DNA from: an uncultured Bacilli bacterium
Lineage (GTDB): Bacteria; Bacillota_I; Bacilli_A; RF39; UBA660
Assembly: GCA_934098745.1 (NCBI GenBank)
Contig: CAKOPG010000009.1
Coordinates: 51-64,050 of the forward strand
DNA: 64,000 nucleotides
Direction: 5' to 3'
Shown one piece after another: positions 40,412-49,510 of the stretch. Numbering within the stretch: position 1 is the stretch's first letter; each line of letters begins with the position of its first letter. A program made the position numbers and the translations under genes. The notes beneath the pieces were generated by a model, which was given only the letters and a program-made list of their open reading frames with translations, did not search any database and was not told the DNA's origin.

Positions 40412-41743
40412 ATGAAAGTAAAACTTAAAAAGAATGCAATAATTGAATTAATTACCATCTTTGTCTTAACACTTCTCTTTACATTATTTAATAATAGCAT
40501 AACTAGTGATGAAGTTTGGAACTATGGATTTTCCTATAATATTGCTACCGGTTTAATCCCTTACAAAGATTTTAACATGGTCGTAACTCCTGTTTTTCCT
40601 ATGCTAGGATCATTCTTTCTAAGCATCTTCGGAAAAAACATTTTAGTATTTACCATCTTTAATTCTTTGATATGTACTACTATCTTTTATTTTCTAAAAA
40701 AAAATAATCCTCAATCATATTATATATCATATACAATCCTTTTATTATTTTCCATTCCCACATATACCTTATTTTGCTTACTACTACTATATATTATAAT
40801 CGATTTAGAAGATAAAAAAACTAACGATATCCTTATTGGTATCACTCTAGGTATAACTTTCCTAACCAAGCAAAACATTGGTATCTATCTATTATTTCCT
40901 ACCTTCCTCACTAAAAACATAAAACAAATTACAAAAAGAATAATCGGATTTATTATTCCCAATATTATACTATTAATTTACCTATTATTAAGTAATAGCT
41001 TCCATGAATTTATTGATTATTGCTTTCTAGGAATATCTTCCTTCAAAGAGAACTTTATGATATACCCCTATGCCTTTATCATTCCCATTCTAGCAGTCAT
41101 CTACATAATTTTTAAATATCATCAAAATCATGATAAAAAATTATTATACTTCTTATCATTTCAATTACTATCATATCCTATAATAGATCCATACCATGTT
41201 ATTATTCCCTTTATTCCGGTATTTAATTATTTCCTAAATACCAAAAAATATAATAAAAAAATCGTTATGATAGCCTTCCTTTCTTTTATACTAGCTATTA
41301 CCATCAGTAATATAATTAGTTATCACAAAAATATCTATGTATTTTCTAGTAATACCAATACTCTTAAATATCGTAAATTAACTCCTGAATTTATCCATGA
41401 ATTTAGTAGTGCTAAAAACTATATATCAAATATTCCTTCTAATTATAATTTATATATTATAAGTAGCCATGCTTATCTTTTAAAACTAGAAACTAATCTT
41501 CCCATTAATAAATATGATCTTTTAAATAAAGGCAATCTTGGCTCTCGAGGCTATTCCAAAATTATTACAGAAATAGATAATAATTGCCAAAATAATTTAT
41601 GTCTATTTCTAATATATGATAAAAAAGGCTATAAAGATTGCCAATATGATACCGCGATAATTAAATATATAACCGATAATTATACCTATTATGAAGACAT
41701 TCCAGATACCCCATTAAAAGCATATATTAATACAGTTCAATAA
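40412..41743 (+). CDS. Polytopic GT-C-type glycosyltransferase-like membrane protein (PMT_2/ArnT-like)
   Basis: 443 aa with about 10 TM helices, an early D/E-containing loop (SITSDEVWNYGF) and a soluble C-terminal domain. It has its own promoter (TTGTCA, 16 nt, TATAAT at 40316-40343). Confidence 0.45.
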   Translation: MKVKLKKNAIIELITIFVLTLLFTLFNNSITSDEVWNYGFSYNIATGLIPYKDFNMVVTPVFPMLGSFFLSIFGKNILVFTIFNSLICTTIFYFLKKNNPQSYYISYTILLLFSIPTYTLFCLLLLYIIIDLEDKKTNDILIGITLGITFLTKQNIGIYLLFPTFLTKNIKQITKRIIGFIIPNIILLIYLLLSNSFHEFIDYCFLGISSFKENFMIYPYAFIIPILAVIYIIFKYHQNHDKKLLYFLSFQLLSYPIIDPYHVIIPFIPVFNYFLNTKKYNKKIVMIAFLSFILAITISNIISYHKNIYVFSSNTNTLKYRKLTPEFIHEFSSAKNYISNIPSNYNLYIISSHAYLLKLETNLPINKYDLLNKGNLGSRGYSKIITEIDNNCQNNLCLFLIYDKKGYKDCQYDTAIIKYITDNYTYYEDIPDTPLKAYINTVQ

Positions 41744-41848
41744 AATCTATTAAGTAATTGCTTTATAATATCCCTTAATTGCCTTTTAAGAGTCTTTTTC
41801 TTTTAAATAATATATGATATACTAACATATATAAAAAGAAGGAATATT

Positions 41849-42283
41849 ATGATTAAAATTATCTGTATTGGAAAAATTAAAGAAAATTATTTAAAAGAAG
41901 GTATCAACGATTACTTAAAAAGATTGAGTAAATATCATAAAGTTAATCTAATAGAATTACCAGATAGTTCTATAATCGATGAAGCTAAAGAAATATCAAA
42001 ATATCTAGATTCTAAAGACTATATAATCTCTTTAGCTATTGAAGGTAATAGCTTATCATCATTAGAATTATCTGAAAAAATAGATAAAACATTTATTAAT
42101 TATCCCAATATTACATTTATCATTGGAGGTTCTAATGGCCTTCATGAAAGCATTAAAAAACAGTCCAATTATTTATTATCATTCTCTAAATTAACCTATC
42201 CTCACGGTTTATTTAGATTAATTCTATTAGAACAAATATATCGTAGTTTCAAAATATTAAATAATGAAACTTATCATAAATAA
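41849..42283 (+). CDS. rlmH: 23S rRNA (pseudouridine1915-N3)-methyltransferase
   Basis: 144-aa SPOUT protein. FIIGGSNGL and the LTYPHGLFRLILLEQIYRSF C-terminus. Confidence 0.85.
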   Translation: MIKIICIGKIKENYLKEGINDYLKRLSKYHKVNLIELPDSSIIDEAKEISKYLDSKDYIISLAIEGNSLSSLELSEKIDKTFINYPNITFIIGGSNGLHESIKKQSNYLLSFSKLTYPHGLFRLILLEQIYRSFKILNNETYHK

Positions 42284-42293
42284 AGGTGATTAT

Positions 42294-43268
42294 ATGAAAA
42301 TAGGAAATGTATTTATAGATGGCAAAGTAATTTTAGCTCCCATGGCTGGAGTATGCAATAGTGCCTTCAGAAAAATATGCAAAGAAATGGGTTGTGCTTT
42401 AGTATGTGCCGAAATGGTCTCAGATAAAGGCATGGTTTATAACAGTAAAAAAACTCAAGATATGCTTTATTTTGAAGAAGCAGAAAGACCAATATCTCAG
42501 CAAATATTTGGTAGTGACAAAGAAACCTTCCAAAAAGCTGCCAAAATGGTATATGAAATTATGCATCCAGATATTATCGATATCAATATGGGTTGCCCTG
42601 TTCCTAAAGTGGCTGTCAAATCCCAAGCAGGCTCTGCCTTGTTAAAAAATCCCGAATTAATCTATGAAATTGTATCAGCCATCGTGGCCACCGTCCCAGT
42701 TCCCGTAACCGTAAAAATTCGTAGTGGTTGGGACTTTAACTCCATCAACGCCGTAGAAGTAGCTAAAATTTGTGAAAAAGCCGGTGCCAGTGCCATTACC
42801 GTTCACCCCCGCACCAGAAGTCAACTATATTCTGGCAAAGCTGATTTAGATATAATAAAAAAAGTAAAAGAAAATGTCTCTATTCCCGTTATTGGCAATG
42901 GCGATATAAAAGATATTGAATCTGCTAAGCACATGCTTGAATATACCAAATGTGATGCTATCATGATAGGAAGAGGCGTACTAGGTAACCCCTGGTTAAT
43001 AAAAGAAATAGATACCTATTTAAAAACTGGAAAAATAATAGATAAACCAACATTCCAAGAAAGAATCAACATGTGCTATAAACACCTAGATTACCTTTTA
43101 AAAATTAAACCCGAAAGAATAGCTATCTTAGAAATGCGTAGCCATACTGCATGGTATATAAAAGGTATGCCCGGATATAAAGAAGTCCAAAACCAAGTAT
43201 TTAAAGCCAAAAACATTGAGGAATTTACGCAAATACTTGATAATTATTCAAAAAAATTATATAATTAA
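42294..43268 (+). CDS. dusB: tRNA-dihydrouridine synthase
   Basis: LAPMAGVCNSAFR, NMGCPVPKV and the FMN-binding TIM-barrel pattern. RBS AAAGGTGA. Confidence 0.9.
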   Translation: MKIGNVFIDGKVILAPMAGVCNSAFRKICKEMGCALVCAEMVSDKGMVYNSKKTQDMLYFEEAERPISQQIFGSDKETFQKAAKMVYEIMHPDIIDINMGCPVPKVAVKSQAGSALLKNPELIYEIVSAIVATVPVPVTVKIRSGWDFNSINAVEVAKICEKAGASAITVHPRTRSQLYSGKADLDIIKKVKENVSIPVIGNGDIKDIESAKHMLEYTKCDAIMIGRGVLGNPWLIKEIDTYLKTGKIIDKPTFQERINMCYKHLDYLLKIKPERIAILEMRSHTAWYIKGMPGYKEVQNQVFKAKNIEEFTQILDNYSKKLYN

Positions 43269-43286
43269 AAAAGAAAGAGGGATTAT

Positions 43287-43880
43287 ATGAAAGCAACATT
43301 TTTTGAAAGATTAGGCTCCTATGCTATAGATATCTTATTATTAAGTGTTATTGCCTCATTAATTTGTTCTGGTATAACTACTAATAGTAGTGAAGCCAGT
43401 AAAAAACTTGATGATATTACCAATAAATGGAATAGTGGCGAAATAACTAATGAAGTATATCTAGAAGAATATGGAAACCTAATGTATGATTACCAAAAAG
43501 GAAATGTTATACCATTAGCCGTTAATGCTACCTTAACTATTGCTTACTTTGTTATATTCCAGTATATGAATAAGGGACAAACTCTTGGTAAAAAACTATT
43601 CCATATAAAAGTAGTTGACAATAAAACTGAAAAACCTATCTCTATATTAAAAGGATTATTAAGATCATTAATTACTTTAGGTATTATATCTAGTTGTTTA
43701 AACATCTTATTTATCTATGTATTAAACAAAAACACCTACTTTATACCATACATAACAATAGGAGTTATTGAATTATTATTTGACCTAGTGACAATTATCT
43801 TTATCTTATATAAACAAGATGGTCGAGGATTACATGATTTAATGGCTAACTCTAAAGTAATTAAAGAAGGAAGAGGATAA
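43287..43880 (+). CDS. RDD-family membrane protein
   Basis: R..SY.ID N-terminus, QTLGKKLFHIKVV, and a terminal GRGLHDLMANSKV. Confidence 0.7.
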   Translation: MKATFFERLGSYAIDILLLSVIASLICSGITTNSSEASKKLDDITNKWNSGEITNEVYLEEYGNLMYDYQKGNVIPLAVNATLTIAYFVIFQYMNKGQTLGKKLFHIKVVDNKTEKPISILKGLLRSLITLGIISSCLNILFIYVLNKNTYFIPYITIGVIELLFDLVTIIFILYKQDGRGLHDLMANSKVIKEGRG

Positions 43881-43882
43881 AA

Positions 43883-45364
43883 ATGCGTGAATTTACAGAT
43901 CAAGAATTAATAAGAAGAGAAAAAGCAACCAAATTAAAAGACTTAGGGCTAGACCCATACGGAACTAGATTTGACCGTGATGCCTACAGCTTAGAAATAA
44001 AAGAAAAATACAAAGATATACCTCATGAAGAATTTGAAAATATCTCTGACATTTATACCGTTGCCGGTAGAATAATGTTTATCCGAAAAATGGGTAAAGC
44101 TTCCTTTTTTACCATTCAAGATAAAATGGGAAAAATTCAAATATATATATCAATAAATGATGTGGGAGAAGATACTTACAATTTATTTAAAACAGCAGAT
44201 ATTGGAGATATCGTCGGTATTAAAGGAAAAGTAATGAAAACTAAAACTGGTGAAATAACTTTAAAATGCCTAGAATATACTCATCTCGTTAAATCACTAA
44301 GACCATTACCTGAAAAATTTCATGGTCTAACTGACATTGAAGAAAGATACCGTCGCCGTTATGTTGATTTAATAATGAATGAAGATTCCAAAAGAATTGC
44401 CTTTACAAGACCAAAAATCATTCGTTGTATCCAAAAATTTATGGATAACCGTGGTTTCACCGAAGTAGAAACCCCAGTCTTATCAACTCTTTTAACCGGT
44501 GCTTCTGCTAGACCATTTGAAACACATCATAATGCCCAAGATTTAGATATGTATCTTCGTATTGCTTTAGAGTTGCCTCTAAAAAGATTACTAGTTGGAG
44601 GCATGGAAGCTGTTTACGAAATCGGTCGTGTTTTCCGTAACGAAGGCATGGATCCCAAACACAATCCAGAATTTACTCTAATGGAAGCCTACCTTGCATA
44701 TTCTAACTTAGATGGCATGATGGAATTAACAGAAAGCATGTTTAAAACCATTGCCAAAGAAGTATTTAATAAATATATTTTTAATTGGGTAGGGTATGAA
44801 ATTGATTTAGAAAAACCTTTCAAAAAAATAAGTATGGTTGATGCTATAAAAGAAAAAACCGGTATCGACTTCAAAAAACCAATGACCGTTGAAGAAGCTC
44901 TATCACTAGCTGAAGAACATCACATTGAAGTTGAAAACCACCAAAAGAACGTTGGCCACATAATTAATTTATTCTTTGAAAAATATGTTGAAGAAACCTT
45001 AATTCAGCCAACATTCTTATATGGACATCCTGTAGAAATATCACCACTTACTAAAAGAAACCCAGAAGATCCTCGCTTTGTTGACCGCTTTGAATTATTT
45101 ATTGCCGGAAAAGAATTTTGTAATGCTTATACTGAACTAAATGATCCAATAGATCAATTAGAAAGATTCACCGATCAATTAAAAGAAAGAGAATTAGGAA
45201 ATGAAGAAGCCAATGATATTGATATGGACTTTATTGAAGCCCTTGAATATGGTATGCCACCAGCTGGTGGAATTGGCTATGGAATAGATCGTTTATGTAT
45301 GTTATTTACAGAGCAAGACTCTATTAGGGATGTGATTTTATTTCCACAGATGAAAAAAAAGTAA
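43883..45364 (+). CDS. lysS: Lysyl-tRNA synthetase, class II
   Basis: OB-fold N-domain. Class II motifs (FRNEGMDPKHNPEFT and GGIGYGIDRLCM). Confidence 0.95.
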   Translation: MREFTDQELIRREKATKLKDLGLDPYGTRFDRDAYSLEIKEKYKDIPHEEFENISDIYTVAGRIMFIRKMGKASFFTIQDKMGKIQIYISINDVGEDTYNLFKTADIGDIVGIKGKVMKTKTGEITLKCLEYTHLVKSLRPLPEKFHGLTDIEERYRRRYVDLIMNEDSKRIAFTRPKIIRCIQKFMDNRGFTEVETPVLSTLLTGASARPFETHHNAQDLDMYLRIALELPLKRLLVGGMEAVYEIGRVFRNEGMDPKHNPEFTLMEAYLAYSNLDGMMELTESMFKTIAKEVFNKYIFNWVGYEIDLEKPFKKISMVDAIKEKTGIDFKKPMTVEEALSLAEEHHIEVENHQKNVGHIINLFFEKYVEETLIQPTFLYGHPVEISPLTKRNPEDPRFVDRFELFIAGKEFCNAYTELNDPIDQLERFTDQLKERELGNEEANDIDMDFIEALEYGMPPAGGIGYGIDRLCMLFTEQDSIRDVILFPQMKKK

Positions 45365-45426
45365 TAATGTAAAAAAAGAAAAAAAGAAAAAAACTATGTG
45401 ATACTTAAAATTTTAGGAGGAAAAAA

Positions 45427-47106
45427 ATGAAAAAACATGGATTATTAAAAATCTTAGGATTACTTTTACTACTTGTAGCTGTAGTAACTTATTTCGTACC
45501 TGGAAGACAAGATGTTGTAAATTTCGTAGGTTTAGTAGACATTCCTATAAATTACTTCAGTATTGTTCTCCAAAACTTTAGTTATATATTTCTATTAGTT
45601 TTAACAATAGGTGGTTTTTATGGCGTTTTAAGTAAAATACCTGCTTATAAAAAATTATTAGATAATATTGTAGCCAAAGTAAAACCATTAGGACACAAAT
45701 TTATCTTTTTGGTTATTATCTTATTTGCCGTTATTGCTTCACTAACTGGAATGAATATTCAACTATTAGTATTTGTTCCCTTTGTCGTTTCAATAATTAT
45801 ATTATTAGGATATGACAAATTAGTAGCTTTATCTTCAACCATTGTCAGCATTTTAGTAGGTTATTTAGGAGGAATATTTGTAAATATTGTTAATCCTAAC
45901 ACCTATGGCGTTTCTACTTTTGAAGAATTAGTAGGTTTAGAAGATAAATACGCTAATGTCTTTCCAAAATTATTATTACTTTTATTAGGCATCGCCCTAT
46001 TAATTTACTTTGTAAATAAATACATAACAAACGTAGAAAACAAAAAAGTTAAATATGAATTAAATGATAACTCAGAATTACTAATAAATGAAGTAAAAGG
46101 AAGTTATAAAAATATTAAAGTATGGCCATTAGTAATGATTTTATCAATATTATTCATTATTATGGTATTAGGAATAATTCCATGGGAATCATTATATGAA
46201 GTTGATTTCTTTACATTATTCCACGAAAGAGTAGTAGGATTAACTATAGGAAATATAATATTTAGAATATTACTTATAGCTGTTATCTTCGGAATTATTC
46301 AATTAGGTATTTACTTAGTTTCATTAATTAAAAAGAGTAAATATACTTTTAAAGCAACAATTCCTGTATTTGCATCTCTTGCCATTGCTTTGACATTAGA
46401 AATATTAAGTGTAGGTAAAATATGGAGTATTTATGATGTATCTTTCATAAGTAAAATAGTTAAATTCTTTAGTGGTAATAACTTCTTTGATTTTGCTTTC
46501 ATTAGTAATATTATTTCTGCTAAATTACCAGCTCTAGGAGCATGGGACACAATAAATGGTAATATTTACCCAGGTGGTGTAAACTACATTTACATAAGTA
46601 TTCTTCTATTATTTGTAACATTAGTTATTGCCTTAATTAGCAAAGTAAAATTAAATGATGCCATGGATTACTTTATTGAAGGAATCAAAAAAGCTTTACC
46701 AGCTGGTATCCTAATGACCCTTGCTTATACCGTATTAATATGTGCATATAACAATGGTTTCTTAGAAGGAATTATTTCTAATTATGGTAAATTCAATTTT
46801 GGTATATCATCAGTTCTTGCATTCTTTGGATGCTTACTAAATGTTGATATGTACTATATCACATATGGATGTTTCTTACCAATAATTAACCTAGTAACCG
46901 ATGAAACAATATATGCCGGATTAGCTATCTTACTACAAGGTATCTATAGTATCTTTAGTCTAGTTGGTCCAACAAGTTTAATCTTAATATTTGGATTAAC
47001 TTATATGGATGTTCCATATACAACATGGCTAAAATATATTTGGAGATTTGTTTTAAGCCTAATAATTCTCCTAGCCTTAGTAGTTTTAATCGTTGTATTA
47101 CTATAA
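45427..47106 (+). CDS. Polytopic membrane transporter-like protein (YfcC/DcuC-like, tentative)
   Basis: 559 aa with at least 12 TM helices. The N-terminal LLLVAVVTYFVPG resembles the YfcC family start. Family assignment is uncertain. Confidence 0.45.
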   Translation: MKKHGLLKILGLLLLLVAVVTYFVPGRQDVVNFVGLVDIPINYFSIVLQNFSYIFLLVLTIGGFYGVLSKIPAYKKLLDNIVAKVKPLGHKFIFLVIILFAVIASLTGMNIQLLVFVPFVVSIIILLGYDKLVALSSTIVSILVGYLGGIFVNIVNPNTYGVSTFEELVGLEDKYANVFPKLLLLLLGIALLIYFVNKYITNVENKKVKYELNDNSELLINEVKGSYKNIKVWPLVMILSILFIIMVLGIIPWESLYEVDFFTLFHERVVGLTIGNIIFRILLIAVIFGIIQLGIYLVSLIKKSKYTFKATIPVFASLAIALTLEILSVGKIWSIYDVSFISKIVKFFSGNNFFDFAFISNIISAKLPALGAWDTINGNIYPGGVNYIYISILLLFVTLVIALISKVKLNDAMDYFIEGIKKALPAGILMTLAYTVLICAYNNGFLEGIISNYGKFNFGISSVLAFFGCLLNVDMYYITYGCFLPIINLVTDETIYAGLAILLQGIYSIFSLVGPTSLILIFGLTYMDVPYTTWLKYIWRFVLSLIILLALVVLIVVLL

Positions 47107-47107
47107 T

Positions 47108-47137
47108 AAAAAAGCCGATTTCTAATTATCGGCTTTT
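47108..47137. terminator. Bidirectional rho-independent terminator between convergent genes
   Basis: AAAGCCGAT-TTCTAATT-ATCGGCTTT, flanked by A-runs and T-runs. Confidence 0.75.
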
Positions 47138-47183
47138 AAAATAATTATTTCTAATTAATATATTTAAAAACAAATAACTTTAA

Positions 47184-47933
47184 CTAGCTATTTGTTTTCC
47201 TTTTTTGAATATTATATGCCACTTTAAGAAGTAACTTCGTAGGTAAGAATCTACTAAAAAATATTCCCAATTTCATATACATACCCGGAATAATTATTAA
47301 CTTACCCTTAAACATCTTATCAATAGCATACCTAGCAACATATTGTGCATCCAAAGATTTCATATTAAATCTTACATGTGCTCTCTTATTAAAATTCGTA
47401 TCCACAGGACCTGGGCATAAAACTGAAATATGTTTATTTTCCTTAGATCTCCTTAACTCCTCATATAATGCTAAAGAATAACTACACACATAACTTTTCG
47501 TTGCATAATAAGTACTCATTAACGGCCCACCTTTCATAAGCCCCGCTGAACTAGATACATTTAAAATGTATTTAACATTCTTATTATTTATAAATAATTT
47601 TGTTAAAGTATGTAAGCATTTAACATTTAAGTCAATCATATTTAATTCAATATCCAAATTATCTACTTGATAATTACCATAAGCTCCAAAACCAGCATTA
47701 TTAATAACTATAGAAATATCCTGATCCTTTACTTCATCATATAACTTATAACAGTTACCAATATCAGATAAATCGTACGGAAATATCTTGATATTTGTCT
47801 TAAGTCTATTCTGAAGTTCTTTTAATTTATCTTGACTCCTTGCTACCAAAATTAAATCATATCCCAATTCCGATAAATAAATTGCCATTTCCTTACCTAT
47901 ACCAGAACTAGCCCCTGTTATTAACGCTTTCAT
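47184..47933 (-). CDS. Short-chain dehydrogenase/reductase
   Basis: TGASSGIGK cofactor motif, NNAG, and the catalytic YYATK. Confidence 0.85.
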   Translation of the reverse strand: MKALITGASSGIGKEMAIYLSELGYDLILVARSQDKLKELQNRLKTNIKIFPYDLSDIGNCYKLYDEVKDQDISIVINNAGFGAYGNYQVDNLDIELNMIDLNVKCLHTLTKLFINNKNVKYILNVSSSAGLMKGGPLMSTYYATKSYVCSYSLALYEELRRSKENKHISVLCPGPVDTNFNKRAHVRFNMKSLDAQYVARYAIDKMFKGKLIIIPGMYMKLGIFFSRFLPTKLLLKVAYNIQKRKTNS

Positions 47934-47960
47934 ATCAAATCACCTCACTATTATTATACA

Positions 47961-48039
47961 CTATTGTTTAATTTTTAAAAATAGTATATAATACTTAACA
48001 AGTGAATAATTACATCAAAATTACAAAAAATATTACTAG
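47961..48039 (+). repeat. Left direct repeat of the retron/Rpn islet (decayed copy of the rluB promoter and 5' end)
   Basis: 47961-48000 is identical over 40 bp to 50422-50461. The next ~39 bp match about two-thirds, and the rluB ATG is mutated. Confidence 0.9.
47964..47992 (+). promoter_or_regulatory. Sigma-A promoter inside the left repeat, oriented into the retron
   Basis: TTGTTT (47964-47969), 17-nt spacer, TATAAT (47987-47992). The same element lies upstream of rluB in the right repeat. Confidence 0.6.
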
Positions 48040-48088
48040 ATTTAATAGTTTAATTATTGAAAGAACCATCATCTAAATAGTAAAATTA

Positions 48089-48264
48089 TATATAGCAATA
48101 GCGTGTGGATAAATATCCCCTTTAACGAGTCGTTAAAGCACCTAATTATTAAAGACATGAATTATAATTTTCCATAGGACCTAACTATGGCTAGCCATAG
48201 ACACTTCATTACATTACGTTAAGTCCAATTCCAAATTATAATATCATAAAGTATTGCTTATATA
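48089..48264 (+). ncRNA. Retron msr-msd non-coding RNA
   Basis: a1 TATATAGCAATA (48089-48100) is complementary to a2 TATTGCTTATATA (48252-48264) with one bulge. TAGCG follows a1. Hairpins lie at 48107-48118 and 48120-48138 (CTTTAACG-AGT-CGTTAAAG). A long imperfect hairpin spans 48161-48242 (ATTATAATTT/AAATTATAAT) with the apex palindrome CTATGGCTAGCCATAG. Confidence 0.7.
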
Positions 48265-48281
48265 CCGAGGAGGTAATAAAT

Positions 48282-49253
48282 ATGTGGAAATATCTGACTA
48301 AAGAAGCCGAAATCAAATATTTATTATCTATTCATTTAATTGATGGCACTAGTGATAAAGATATCTTAAATAAAATATATACAATAAGTAACAATAAAGA
48401 GAAAAATTATAAAATATATAAAATAAAAAAGAAAAATGGTCATTATCGTACTATTTATGCACCTAAACCTAATCTCTTAATTATTCAAAAAAATATCTTA
48501 AAAAATATTCTTGAAAAGAGAAGTATTTCTAAATATGCTAGAGCTTATAAAAAAGGAATAACCCTAGTTGATAATGCCAAGGAGCATCTAAATAAAAAAA
48601 TAATTCTTAAATTAGATATAAAAGATTTTTTTAACAGTATCCAATATATTCAGATATATAATACCTGTTTTCCTCAAGAATTATTTCCTAAATCCATTGG
48701 AACTCTTCTTACAAATTTATGCACTTGTTATGATATTCTTCCTCAAGGGGCACCAACCTCATCATATATTTCTAATCTTGTTATGTATAATTTTGACATA
48801 ATCATAGGGACATTTTGTGACAGTAGAAATATTGCCTACACAAGATATTGTGATGATATGACCTTTTCTGGAGATTTTGATTATCATGAAATAATTAATC
48901 TTGTAAAACAAGAACTGACAAAATTAAATTTATCTCTAAACATGAAAAAAATTCATGTAATTACCCAAAAGAGTAGGCAAATAGTTACCGGTGTAGTCGT
49001 CAATAAGAAATTACAGGTAGCTAAATATTATCGTCAAGAAATAAGAAAAAATGTATACTATATAAAAAAGTATGGCCTTATTTCTCATTTAGGAAGAACA
49101 AATAACAAAATGGCCCCAGTTACTTACCTAAATACCTTATTGGGAAAGATTAATTATGTTTTGCAAATAGATAAATCTAACAAAGAATTTATAAATTATA
49201 AAAAAGAAATCCTAAAAACAATTAAAAACATTCATAATAAAAAAATAATTTAG
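48282..49253 (+). CDS. Retron-type reverse transcriptase
   Basis: 323 aa. NAKEH (NAxxH), QGAPTSSYISN, RYCDDMTFSG (YxDD) and RQIVTGVVVN (VTG) motifs. RBS GAGGAGG. Confidence 0.85.
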   Translation: MWKYLTKEAEIKYLLSIHLIDGTSDKDILNKIYTISNNKEKNYKIYKIKKKNGHYRTIYAPKPNLLIIQKNILKNILEKRSISKYARAYKKGITLVDNAKEHLNKKIILKLDIKDFFNSIQYIQIYNTCFPQELFPKSIGTLLTNLCTCYDILPQGAPTSSYISNLVMYNFDIIIGTFCDSRNIAYTRYCDDMTFSGDFDYHEIINLVKQELTKLNLSLNMKKIHVITQKSRQIVTGVVVNKKLQVAKYYRQEIRKNVYYIKKYGLISHLGRTNNKMAPVTYLNTLLGKINYVLQIDKSNKEFINYKKEILKTIKNIHNKKII

Positions 49254-49336
49254 TTATCTCTCAACGCTATTGTTTTGTTAGTCATTTGACATATTTTTAT
49301 GTAAAATAATTAAATTTATTAATTTATAAAAATTAG

Positions 49337-49377
49337 AAAAACAGTTAAAATACAATATAAATATTTAACTGTTTTTT
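49337..49377 (+). terminator. Rho-independent terminator after the RT gene
   Basis: AAAAACAGTTAAA-(14 nt)-TTTAACTGTTTTT. Confidence 0.7.
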
Positions 49378-49510
49378 AATATCTGTTTACTTCATATTAC
49401 AGAATTTAATAAAATGATAAACTTATTATTCAGAAATACCATATTTTTTACAAAGAGTTAATTTTGACAATTTTTTTTAATTTTGTTATAACCAAAAAGA
49501 AGGAGGCTAT

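Noticed and set aside
48096-49272. 9-bp inverted match CAATAGCGT (48096-48104) and ACGCTATTG (49264-49272) flanking the RT gene. Also a third CTATTGTTT copy at 49266-49274, matching the first 9 bp of the islet direct repeats.
   Set aside because: I considered the inverted match as an alternative a1/a2 pair, and the third copy as a recombination core marking a two-step assembly of the islet. Retron a1/a2 pairs enclose only msr-msd, and the 48089/48252 pair fits that role. A 9-mer of this composition is expected about once per strand in a window this size, so chance cannot be excluded.
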